64,000 nucleotides of DNA, taken from positions 3,224,001 through 3,288,000 of the forward strand of contig OZ316896.1 of NCBI GenBank assembly GCA_973895155.1, read 5' to 3'. This DNA comes from Marsupella aquatica (lineage: Eukaryota; Plantae; Marchantiophyta). The position numbers were made by a program, and so were the translations under genes. A model generated the notes under the pieces. The model was not told the origin of the DNA and made no database searches. It worked only from the letters and a program-made list of their open reading frames with translations. Of this stretch, positions 50,895 through 62,642 are shown piece by piece. Position 1 is the stretch's first letter, and every line of letters begins with the position of its first letter.

Positions 50895-53252
50895 ATGAGC
50901 AACGTCAATCAAGCGGCACATTTCTGGGGATGCCTGTTCGAACGGGCAACTGAGTACATCAAGACTTACGAGGACGAGGAATCAGAAAGGGCAGCTCGAG
51001 AACGGCAGGAGCTCGCTCGATTGTGGGAGCTACAGAAGACGGCTTTCTTAGGAGGCGAACTCATCAAGGACGAGTTCCTATGGACGCCTACTTCCAATCA
51101 ACTTGACGATCTTCTGTTTTGCAAAGACAACGTCGTCGGCATCCGAGAAGCCATCAAGAACTGCAATGACATACACTGGGAATTAAAGGGTAGCACGGAA
51201 AGGTGGACCCAGGCAACGGTGCTAGGAGAAACCTCCACAGCAGCAGAGATGAAGAGGAAGGGAGCCGTCAACGATGAAGCCACCCCGACAAAAAGAACGA
51301 GGTCGGCGGCACCAAAGAAGCCAGCCGAGCAACAGAGCAGGAGGCAGGGAGAAGCTGAAGAGGAGGAGGTCGATCCCATCAAGGCCATTCCAACCAGGGA
51401 TGACACCTGGAAGGGCTGGGCGGCAACCCTACCGGTGGAGGTGCAACTACATTTTGCACGGGAGGAGGATGCATGCTTTACGGCCATGCAGACCAAGAAG
51501 TACCAAGGCTTCATGGCCGGATCCGGCTTAGAGGCCTTTGTAAGATTACCATGGCTGAAGCCGGAGGTACCGGAGTCAGACCTATTAGAATTCGTGGGGT
51601 CATGGGAACCCGAGACCAATTGCACGAGGATATATGGGAAGGATTTCTATCTTACTCCCAAGGTAATTGCCGAAGTGTTTGGCTTGCCGATAGGCAATAA
51701 GACCAAAGTTGATACCAAGAAGCAGCCCTGGCTAGGGAAAAGGATTTACCAGGAGGAGATTGGCCGGAGGACATCAGGCGGCTAGCCGAAAAAGGAAGCA
51801 AACCTCTAGCCACGATTGAAGAGATCCGCAAGACGGCTTGGGAGCAGAGGCCGCGATGGGCGATGCCGATCACTTCTACTTACTCCACCTACGCTAAGAA
51901 TAGAGCCATGGAGTATGGTGAGATGTGTGGGGAACTTGCGCTCGGCATCTTTGGAGAGGAGTTGGAGGTAGGACCCTTTTTCCATAGGGAGCAGTTGGAG
52001 AAGCACCAATTAGAAGAAGCGGTGGCTTTAGAGAGAAGCAAGAAGGATGAGGTCATTCGGCGGCTTAGGAGGATGGAAGCCGAGATTGAAGATCTAAGGG
52101 CGGCCAAGAAAGCCCAAGATGAACTGCGGATTAAACGGCATGAGCTGAACATCATGCAGGGGCAGTTGGACACCGCGCAGGCTGATAATCAGAATATCAA
52201 GGATAAACTGACTCAGACGCAGGGAGAGTTGGCCGACACGATCAAAGAGAGGGAGAAGTGGAAGCGAGAGCTGAAGAATACAGAGGAGGCTCACATAACA
52301 ACCAACAGCCGGGCCATGGCGGAGACCCAAAGAAAGGAATGGGCGTTGAAGGGGGAGCTCGAGAAAATCCGCGGAGCCCTTGAGCAGAAGGAGGCCGAGT
52401 TAGGGAAATCCTATCAAGGGATTATGGCGCTGCAGCAGGAGCTTGCGTCCCTGACGGCCAGCTTCAAGGCCGACCTAAGGGAGAAGGACGAGATGCTCGA
52501 ACAGACTTACGCCAAGATGAACCAGATGGAGTCTGTCATCATTGCAGAGCTCGACAAGGAGCTAAGAGCAACCCAGGAGGAGAGGGCTACCTTGAAGAAG
52601 GAATTGGAGGAAGCCCACAGGGAGCAGGAGGAGGCCAAAAACGAGCTGGAGGGGGCACGTAAGGACCTGGATGAACCCAAGAGGAGTTGGAGGAAATCAC
52701 GAGGAAGATGGAGAACCTACAGCGGCGGGCCGACAACCAAACAGAGCGGCTGAAGAAACAAGCCGCAGTATTTAAATGCTTAGCTGCAGCAGGTCCATCT
52801 CCCGTTGGGACAAACCAGTTACCAGGGGTGGTAATTGCCGAAGGACAAGCCGCGCCACCTGCACCAGTGCCGGAAGTAAGTGGGAAGGGGAAGGGACCAG
52901 CTGCCGAGCCACCAACGAAGAAGAAGCGGAAACCTTCAGGGTCAAGGAGTAATACGACTTCACAGGCCGTGGTGATCAAGGAGGTAGACCCAGCACCGAC
53001 CCCAGACAGGGTCACGGCTAGGGATCCAACTACCCTAGGGGAAGGGAGGCCGAAGCCGAGGGAGTGGCTAAGGCCGAAGCCGTGGGTATTGCCGAGGCCG
53101 GTGTCGAGGCTGAAGCTGAAGGTGGACCCAGTCAGGCCGATGGAGAGTTGACTCAGTCAAGGGCAGGTAATCTGTCAGAGAATGAACCTACGGCAGTGGC
53201 TGAGGAGGAAGCGTTGGGGGCGTCCATTAAGGATCCACCACCGGTGTCGTGA
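50895..53252 (+). pseudogene. Retroelement-associated PMD-like plus long coiled-coil ORF, three frameshifts
   Basis: ORFs 50634-51785, 51863-52753, 52687-53151 and 53064-53252 join into one frame set. LLEFVGSWEPETN..LTPKVIAEVFGLPIG resembles the plant mobile domain core. The host element starts abruptly TGTGATG at 50519. Confidence 0.6.
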
Positions 53253-54776
53253 CGGTGCAAGGGCGCCGTTCCTTTTAGGGAGGGCGGACGTGGAGGGAGG
53301 AGGCGTGAGTGGGCAGGGCGGGCGCGGATCTCCACGTTTAGGATTAGGATCAGAACCAGGAGCGGCCCTGACACTTAGCTTAGTGGGATTGCGGTCCCAC
53401 TGGTAGGAGCAACACTTGTGCTCTTGCCTTGCTGTACATAGGTAGATTCGGGCAAGTAGATTACTGTTAAGTAGATTAGGCTTACGATGCAAAGAATGGC
53501 GGATCCACTACCAGGATAAGTACCTGGGCAGCGGGGAGCTCAGGGCCTCTTCTTTAGCAAGTTTTTAGTTTGCACCAGCCGGGCTGGGATCAAGTAGTAC
53601 GAGAAGCTCTCGGTTAGTCATACAGTGACCCTTGTGTATATTCATGTTTCCTCATGCCTAAGAGCTGAATAGAGTTGGCCTCACGGCTTAGTTCGCAGAG
53701 CTTGTGTATGAGATGTACTGTTTGTATGGCAAGTGCATGGTATGACTCAGTCAGAATGAGTCATTTTGCTATTTGTGTGTCGCATTAACTTGTGTGAAGA
53801 GTGCCCACATCAACAGAAGGAAGGAAAGTAAGCAGGGGAGTGAGAGTTGGATGTGTCAAGCTGAGAGAGGTCTTAGCGGCTTAACCAAGCCTATTGGGGA
53901 TCATTCCGGCGGCGGAATCCAAACATATCTAACAAGACGGAGGGGAAGACAGGGGAAGACAGGGGAAGGCCTATATTAGGCCGGCTACGTATCTCATGAC
54001 CCGATGAAGGATCTGTCCAGTATATGTGTGTAAAATGTTAATAGTAGTAGTAGAAGGTTAGCAGCGTCCCATGCCGCTAAGCCGCGGAAACGGCCTCGCC
54101 AAGCACGAAACCTGCGGGAATCGGCTTGAGCTGGGGGGTTTCTTGGGTTTAGGGAGCCATGGGACGCACCACACATTGCCCAGCCCCAATGTGTGCTGCT
54201 CAATTCTATTTTTCCCCCCGCCATTGTTGCTTTGCATTGTTGCGTTGTTGAGCTCCATTGTTGTGAAGAGTTTAGGGTCTGGGTGACATTGCTTGCACTC
54301 TTGAGCTCCATTGCTAGAAGAGAAAGGTGTTGGGTGACATTGCTGCTCAGCTCAATTCGTGAGCTACCTAGGTCCATTGCCTTATGCTGCTTAGTTCAGT
54401 CGCTTGCTGCCTGTTGTTACAATTGCCTGCTCAATCACGCACCCAATCGCCTGGAGCTCATTTGCCTAGAGTTCAATCGCCTACTGCTCAAATTGTTGTT
54501 GCTACAATCGCGATGTGCTCAATCTGTTGTTGCTACAATCGCGAGCTGCTCGATCACAAGCTACCTAGCTCCATTGTGAGTTGCCTCCCTGTTCTCCTTG
54601 TTCTCCCTGTTCTCCCTATGAGGATCGGAGTTCGGCTTTGTTGTTGTGGTGGAAATTCCAGCCAGGCTTTTGGGCAGGGGAATCATGGAATAGCCAGTGG
54701 TTCTCAAGAGTGGTCGCCAGTGATAACTCAGCCATTGGGTGACAAGGTCGTGCTGCCACAACAATTGAGGAGATAG

Positions 54777-57420
54777 CGCTCAAAGACTTCAAAACTCGCG
54801 TGGAATGGACCCACAGCAGTAGCAACAACAGCAACCAGGGATTGTTTTCTGTATCCGTCGCGTGTCCAGAAGTCACATTTTGCCTCTTGTGCAGTAAAAG
54901 GTGTAGATATTGGCTTGCACAAAGGAGATGAGGGTCTCCTGCACGTGTTTCGTTGCGAGGTCAAAGACTGTACGAAGCGATTGCTGGTGAGTTACGGTAT
55001 TCCCTGCCAAGTTCTGCCTTGTATCTGTAAGTTGATGTAGGCAAATTTTCTTCTGCATTGTTCTATTGCTGGATTTTTCTGATGCTGAAGATCATTATGT
55101 GTCCAGACATCGTTTCTTTTGGGATTATTCCTTGGTTTGTCCAAGTGTGCACTATACTGAGGTCTAGTGGATGACATTCTTCTAGAACCTAATTTTAAAG
55201 TGCACATATTACAAAGTGATACTTGCTTTGCACTTAGGCAGCGTAAGCTTGTTCATGCCTATTGTTGCCAGAAGGATCTTGACATCTTGGTTAGTTGTGA
55301 TTAATCCTCCCTGATTCTGCCAATCCTAGACCTTTTTTTCTTTCCCTTTGAGCAAGCCTTGTGAGACAATATGGTTTTTTTTGGTTATGTGCTTCCCATT
55401 GGGCACATCTGCTTCCGCTGTACCTCATGCAGATTGTCACCCGCTTTCTGTCATGTCTAGAGCTATTTCCAGAGTGTCTGGAAACCTTATCGTAGGATAA
55501 AATGTTTGACATAGATGTCGTGTCGAAGTGTTTTGCAGAACATCACACAGAGGAAACCACCCAAACCGTTTACAATTGTGAAGGACGAACCTGGAGAGAT
55601 GGAGATGATGTTGACCAGAATTTATGGGTTGGAAGACATCACTATGTCTTGTGTTCTGCAACTAGTGAGAAAAAATTATCAGCGCAAGCCGGAAGTCGGT
55701 GAAGACCCGGAGAGTCGAACGAAGATGTTGCAGCTGACGATTTTGATCACGAAAGGTGGCGTATCTCCCACTCTCGAAATCAGATGCGAGTGTTACTGGG
55801 ATGGTTTTGCCATTCACCAAGTTGATCTACAATATGAAGACAAGGAACAGACAATATACCGCCCATACTTCTCGTAAGCCTCTTCCACATACATTTTGAA
55901 GTAGGTGTACAAGACTTTGTTATTGTTCTGTGAGTTTGGTACCAAATGTATGGCCATAGGATGATTGAAGTTCACTCTATAAATGCCTGTTTGTGGGTTA
56001 AATTTGACCAGAGCATTCCCTCACCTTGTACCAACCTGCATCTTATTTTCATGTCTGGAGGCTAGACTGTGAAGGCAATGATTAAATTGTATCCACGCTT
56101 CTGATGGGTCAAACCTGATGAAGATATCATCACATTGGTTGAATTTCTTCGTATGAGTTGTCACCCAATCCTATTGATGTCTCATTCCGTGGTAATTAGT
56201 AATCGTTTTCTCAGTCTACCATTCGTTAGTTTCTGAGTCATTTACAGAACGGTTTACGATGGCTCAATGAATTATAGCTAATGGCTTATATTTTAATAGG
56301 GGAGTCAACAGTTGAAGACGTTTCGATAAAAAAAAACAAGTTGACACCGCTATTCAGACAATGTATTAACTGAGATAGGCTTAGGGTCACTGTTGTACAC
56401 ATTTTGAAAAGCGCGCGTTAACAGACGGATTGAACAAAAAACCAAACCAGCAGCGCTTTAGTGAATATCAACAATGCATGGGATGACACAGTAAGACATT
56501 GACGCGAAGGATGGTAGTGAACGGTAGGGACGTGTGCTTAGGAGAGATGAATACTTTGCTACTCGGACGCGGAGATGTCTGTTAGCTATGTTGTCCTCTC
56601 TTGGCTGATTCTCGTATGTAGGATGGTTCGAGAGACTGAGGACGATGATTACATCCTATCCGCGCTTCTGAGGGTTCAAACCTGATGAAGCATACTCAAT
56701 ATTGGTTGAATTTCTTTGTATGAGTCTTTAGTTGGTTGATCCATTTTAGATCCTACCGGTAGGTATAGGTGTTCGTCTTATCTTTTGGTATTCAGCAGTA
56801 CTGAAATGAAACGAGGAATACATAAAATGAAGTCACCTCGTCTCTTTGTTACACATCGTGGAGGCAATGATTAAATACTATCCGTGCTTCTGAGGGGTCA
56901 ATCCTTATGAAGTACACTTGATATTTGGTTGAATTTCTTTGTATGAGCCTCCACTGTTGTCTGAATTTCATCAGATTTTGAGGGTTTAGATTGATAATTC
57001 TCACAGGTATCTACCTCACAGTCCCAAACTAAAGTTTTCATATGCAGAGGTGAATATGATTTTATCTAAGGATGTCTTGGTAGGCATCGTCCATTAATGG
57101 TTTCTTGCTGCCATTGATGTTATCTAAAGTCTGTCTGAAGCGGGTACATTCAAATTGACATATTTTGCCTGGGAACTTAGGGATGAGTTTTGGGACTTGA
57201 ATCTTTAGTGGTCCTTGCCTCTTGATGCAGGAATGGCAAGGACGAGTTGGTGAATAACTTCCAAATATTTCTCTACGACAGAGGGCTGAATGCTGATCTT
57301 GCTGGTTACATTGAGAAGCACTTGGAGAGAAAAAGGCTATTAAAGTCAGCAGCCGCTTTCAAAAAAATGACCAGATTCCTAGAAGCGGATTCCTCTCCCA
57401 GCAGTCCCAGTGATGACTGA
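54777..57420 (+). CDS. MAM33/p32-like (mitochondrial acidic glycoprotein family) gene; exons ..54986, 55539-55873, 57231-57420; start codon unresolved
   Basis: In-frame GT-AG joins give DEGLLHVFRCEV..PFTIVKDEPGE..LTILITKGG..LEIRC..YRPYFSN..FQIFLYDRGLNADLAGYIEKHL..KKMTRFLE. There is an in-frame TAG at 54774 with no ATG after it. Confidence 0.72.
56073..56160 (+). ncRNA. C/D box snoRNA, U36a-like, copy 1
   Basis: Box C-like ATGATT, guide TATCCACGCTT + D' CTGA, C' TGATGA, guide TTGGTTGAATTTCTTCG + D-like ATGA. The guides are antisense to 25S rRNA GAAGAAAUUCAACCAAGCGCGGGUA. Confidence 0.85.
56639..56728 (+). ncRNA. C/D box snoRNA, U36a-like, copy 2
   Basis: Terminal stem AGGAC/GTCTT. Guides TATCCGCGCTT-CTGA and TTGGTTGAATTTCTTTG-T-ATGA. 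Confidence 0.88.
56858..56954 (+). ncRNA. C/D box snoRNA, U36a-like, copy 3
   Basis: Perfect 8-bp terminal stem GTGGAGGC/GCCTCCAC, with the same boxes and guides. Confidence 0.88.
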
Positions 57421-59602
57421 TTCTCTTTGCTTCAAGTGGAAGCGTTGTTCACATCTCTTCCCACATGTTTATTGTGTATACATAGGACAGTTGCCTTTTC
57501 ACTTTTTGGAGCTGTGAAGTTGTAGGATGTGGAGGGAGAAGGCATCCTGAAATTGGCTAAGTAGCACCTGAGAACCCATCCTCGACATTTGCCAGTCCAA
57601 CACCTAAACCACAGCTGCCCAGTCAGTATAAAGGTGCTTCTACGTCTGTCCGATTGCTATGCTCTCGCGCCCAAATGAACAGTGCCCTCCTCGTATCCAT
57701 GCCCGGAGCATCGCTCCATGCTACCTCTCTGCCGTCCATTTCAGCCAATTCAAACGGATCATTTCCAGAGATTTCTCACAACATAAAGTTCTTGCAATCC
57801 ATTTTTGCTAATCCACCATGATTCTACGTTATGATTAGAACTACGTTTTGAACCATCAAGTCAACACGATCGTCAGCAAGGTTGTGAAATGGTAGTGAGA
57901 GCCTAAAGTTTAGAAAAATTTAAATCTACATGCTATTGAAGAGTCTCTCTCAATGAGAGCTACTTTTAAGCCCTAGTCGAAATAGACCATTAATGTGACC
58001 ATTGTACAGTATGTTTAAGACGGCTTGTAATTTTTGTCTGAAATACCCTAAATATTATTTCAGAAGTTTGAAACTTGTAATTGCTAGCTGAAATACTGGA
58101 TTTTGATGTTTCTAACTGACATACTGGGTTTTGTGGTTTATAAAAATTGAACTTTCTTCTTTCAAGCTTGTGGTCGGCTCTTGTTTGCAAGGGGGTGTAG
58201 TGAAGTCTGTGAGAAAGAGCAATGGATATAAAGCATGCTAACTTCGCGTACAAAAAATGAGATAAAGTTTATTTATTATATATTTAATATGTTATACTTC
58301 TAAAGTGATGATGAACATGAATTTTCTTTTGTATTGTAATGTGGAGTGCTCATGAATTGACTATCTCTCCTTATGAAGTGTTACACAATTGTTATAATCC
58401 ATTATTGGATTAGTCATGGTTACAACTTCAATCACTAAATTTCATCTCAACCTTATTACTTATAAACATGACTATGTAGAGACCCAAATGGTTGTGTTTA
58501 TTAGGGTTTATTATGTGACACTAAAAGATCACAAGCTAGTCACTCTTAAGGGCAAGTAAGTCATGGACATGATTTACCCTGTGACTAATTAAAGTCACAT
58601 TGCAGTCACGTATCAACAAGGCTAGACTCCATAATGGAGTCACAGATCAATCACAAATGGGTATCAAGCAAGTCGCAATGTCCAGTATCAATAGTGACTT
58701 CTATTTTTTGGTCTCAACTTTTGCAACTCCAAGGGTCACAGCCTGGGTCACAATATGTTCAGTCACAATGAAGTCACATGAGCCAAAATGAGTCACATAT
58801 TATGGTCTCAGATGAGCTCGGATTCTTCAAGTGAAATAACAGTTATAATTTATGAATTAAAAGATACCCAAAACTCCAAATTTGATCGTCATGTGAACCC
58901 AAGGTTTAGGGACTACCACGCAACTGTGCAGTTACATCCATAGTCAGTTACTTTAACTCACTTCTGGTTAAGCTAAGACTCACGACTAAACAACACTGTT
59001 GCACGATTCAAACCATCAAACCTAATCCCAACCATGATCCACGGATCATGGATTGTTGCCAATACACAAAACTACCCATTGAAAATACAAATAATTTTCT
59101 AGCCCATAAAATAATGGGGGGAATTCAATCTGTGATCAGTGGATCATTGGGTTCCCAAACTCAAAACACATCTTCAAAAACATGCTTTAAATTATTTTTC
59201 AATCCTCCAAACCTTGAGAGGAATTACAATCGTGATACACGGATCATAATTATTGCGAACACACAAAAACCTCCTATCAAAACACCTGGTCAGTCCATTT
59301 GTCACTAGAAGCAAAACATTGAGTATAATCCCAACCATGATACCTGGATCATAATGCTCTCAAAATTCTGGAAACCAGATCATTTCTATATTTTGTCTCT
59401 TAGTGAAAACCAATCAAGCTATGCCATGTGGCAAACACAACCCAAAACTATAAAAGCATGGTCAATCATCAAATTTTGAGCTTCACTTTCATAGGACCTT
59501 CATATTTTTCATTTGTAGGGCGCTCAAGATTTTGAAAATTTTGTAGTATTTAAGCAGTCGTAGAGGCACATCCTATGGGGAAACCTTGGTTGTATAGGGT
59601 TT

Positions 59603-60319
59603 ATGATAACCATGTCTAGCTCTGAGTCAGAAGAAAGCATTGCTAGTTCCATCCAATCCTCCCCCGGGGTTGTTCATAGATTTATTCCTTCTCATTTGCA
59701 AGCCAAACTTCCACCCTCTGAGCAAGTGGAGCCCCAAGTAGACATTAAAGACTCCGATTCAGAGGGAAGTGACAAAGACATTTCTTCATATTACGTCTCA
59801 CCCACTAAACCAGATAAATGACGTCTACTCAGTTTTCCATGTCAACAAAGTCAAATTGGCTCACCTTTAGGATCCCTGGAAGCATTTGTTCAATTTAGAA
59901 CAGAGAGAAAGCAAGTCTCGTCCGTGATGAGAGCATTGGATATAGGAATACCTACACCAGATTCAAAATCACCAGGAATTCGCATTGGAATGCAAAGGAT
60001 GATCACCGGATCAAATTTGGTATTCCCCCCAAAGGAACAAGGATCCGAGGAGGTTGAAAGATGTGCTGGAATACCAACGGTGATCATGGATAGATCATCT
60101 TTGAGATTCACAACCTAGGACGGTTTGAAGGATTCTAGAATTTGTTCTGGAATACCAACCATGATCCCTGTATCATCTAAGGTATTCCAAAGAAAACTTG
60201 GACCGGAGCAAGAGATAATCCAAATTGGTCCTCGACGGATGATCACAGGTTCAACTTTGGTATTCCCAAGAGTTAGGGAATGCACTGTTTATACTTGCAC
60301 TGTTTATACTTGCAATTAG
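59603..60319 (+). pseudogene. Unknown ORF with internal repeats and two nonsense codons, probably transposon-derived
   Basis: ORFs 59603, 59924 and 60125 share one frame, broken by TGA at 59819 and TAG at 60116. Repeated GIPT..RMITGS.LVFP. Confidence 0.45.
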
Positions 60320-61573
60320 TCAGCTCTCACCAAACATAAAAATAGCACATGTGCTTTAATCAGTTACAGCAAGGAAAACATGTAAAGTAGTTTCTTGCAC
60401 TTATCCAGGTGAATCATGTGGTATCTGGGCTTAGCATATGAGGAGTGTGTGTAATATGACAACACATGTGAGAAAGTGCAGATTGAAGTGATCTCCCAAG
60501 CACTTAATAAATATATACTGGGTAGTGCAACCATGCTGGGTAGTGCAACCACCAAGGTCTAGACCCTTAGGATTGTTATTGTAACTTAAACACACCATTT
60601 TTGAACCGAAAAAATTGACAACAATTAGGGAGACCCCTTGTTGGGATGGATAATCATAACTTTAATATCATTTCACATCACCAGCCCTGCTATTTTTGCC
60701 AAGTTGTTAAATTTGGGTTTGAAATGTGTTATGCAATCAGGTTTTAAGGTTGTGATGCAGCCCATCTACTTAGATTAAGGTTCATCAAGCTAGGCTTAGC
60801 TTTTTTTGTTGAACAAATAACTGCTACTCAAAGTGAAGAGCAGCTGTATCTTCCCAATGGACGGTTCAGAATCACATCTTGGAAAGCAGGAAAAAGTCCA
60901 ACATTCAAGCTAGCAAAACTAACCTACAGTCATCATTTATTCTCATTGATTTCACTGAGCTGTTAGAGAACAAAACTAAGCTCATCCTGGAGAAGGGAAC
61001 CATCCCTGCAAATTAATCAAGGTTGTTTGAGTACCGTTCTTTGTTAAGTTGCTACAGCTTGGACGACTGCTTGGCTCAATGGAGGAGGAACTGAATTCAG
61101 GTGGAAACTGGTTCTGGCTTGCTGTAGTGCTGGGGTTTCAATATGACTAATTGAGTTTAATCACTTGACTTGAATTTGGGCACCCACAATTTCAGAATCC
61201 ATTTAGAATGGTCTCTGACAATTCTTGAAGGGCTCCCAACCATTCTGGAAGGGCACTCATGCATATTGTGTGAAAACGGTACGTCTGCTCTCTACATTGA
61301 TAGCTAAAGTTACTCTCGGTCACCTTTTGTGAGAACAACATATTTTTGGGTGAACTTTTGTGAGAACCACATATTTTTGGTCTGTGACCCAGTCCGTCAC
61401 TTTTTTGGGAACCACATATTTTTGGTCTATGATCTGGGTTTGAATTGACTGACAAGTTGTTGTATTGTCCGAACACAAGAGTTATCCTACATGAGCAACA
61501 CTACAACTTGTCATTTGTTGGCTCTAAAAGAGGTGTTGTATATTTGCCTATATTCCCAAGCCTGTTGGGACAA

Positions 61574-61645
61574 GCCTGGGCCGGGGCTGGGTTGGGGTTG
61601 GGCCGGGTTGGGGTAGGGTGTGGGTAGGGGGCCGGGATGATGGGG
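61574..61645 (+). other. G-tract cluster (potential G-quadruplex)
   Basis: About 12 runs of 3 or more G separated by short loops. Confidence 0.7.
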
Positions 61646-62642
61646 TGTGACACATGTCAGATGTAGGGGTCCAGATCCCTCATTTATCGGACAAGTACAA
61701 ACCTGGTCTCCTAGCATTTTGACCCGGCCTCCTAACATTTTGGTCAAGGAAAAGGGAAAGCTCAGGAATGAGGTGGTTTGAGAGGCTCCAATAGCTGGAT
61801 GACTAATTGCGTTCACGTGGCTTGAATCTCTTCTTTGCCATGACCTGAGCTTTCCTTATAGCAGCGCGCAATCTGAAATTTCCGAAGCGCAAAAGGCATA
61901 ATTAATTCTATAGATGTTCCAGACGGTTCTTGTTCATTAACGCACTTTTGGGAATGAGACTGTCAGATTTCACGCAGAAGGTCGACATTGTTTGAGGCAT
62001 TCAATTTCCTGAAGGTCTACTACATTTCCAGCTCGACAATTGCACTGTCCCGGCACTGACCCTTGAACGTGCTGAAGAGTTAAAATCTCGGGATTCAGCA
62101 CTTTAATGCGCGTAACATCGTTTGCAAAGCTCCTTGAGAGGCAATCACTTGCGCCCTGGCTACCTTTCAAGACCGTCATGGCAATTTTCGTTTCCAGTAG
62201 TTGGTTACTCAGATAAAACGCTGTTAACTTTTAGGAGACTGAGACTCTTCAAACATCGATAAACATCTACAATTCCTCTCAGATTCCGACATTTTGCAAG
62301 CTCTACATTTTTATTGTGTGCACAATCTGCCACCCGTGCCTTTCGTGTGCATTTGTGTAGAACCAAATCTCACGGCCCCTACAAAATCAGAAAGGCCCCA
62401 AACCTCTAGGATAGGGGGAACACAGCTGACAATCTCCAATTTGTGCTCTTAATTACAAGGCTCTTCCGAGCTGGGACCTTTGAAGGATTCCCAGGTACAT
62501 CGACGACAACCTAAAACTACGGGGGTATGTAATATTTGTGACAGTAACTCACTACAAGAATCAGGCACGAGGACCTCACTGTTTTTGAAGTTACGTTTGG
62601 GAATTGGCCTGATAGGTAGAAATGCAACTACTTGGGACCGTT

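Noticed and set aside
54035-54056. Minus-strand TCTACTACTACTATTAAC resembling a Helitron 5' end
   Set aside because: Preceded by T rather than A, with no matching 3' end; it may be only a (TAG)n microsatellite.
55686-55715. Shared peptide VGEDPE between the MAM33-like exon and the GTPase
   Set aside because: Six-residue match in unrelated folds with no flanking similarity; coincidence.
56545-56640. Possible extra C/D snoRNA (TTTGCTACT and GATGGTTCGA antisense to 25S rRNA)
   Set aside because: Only 9-10 nt of complementarity, boxes non-canonical or misplaced, and no terminal stem; needs cmscan.
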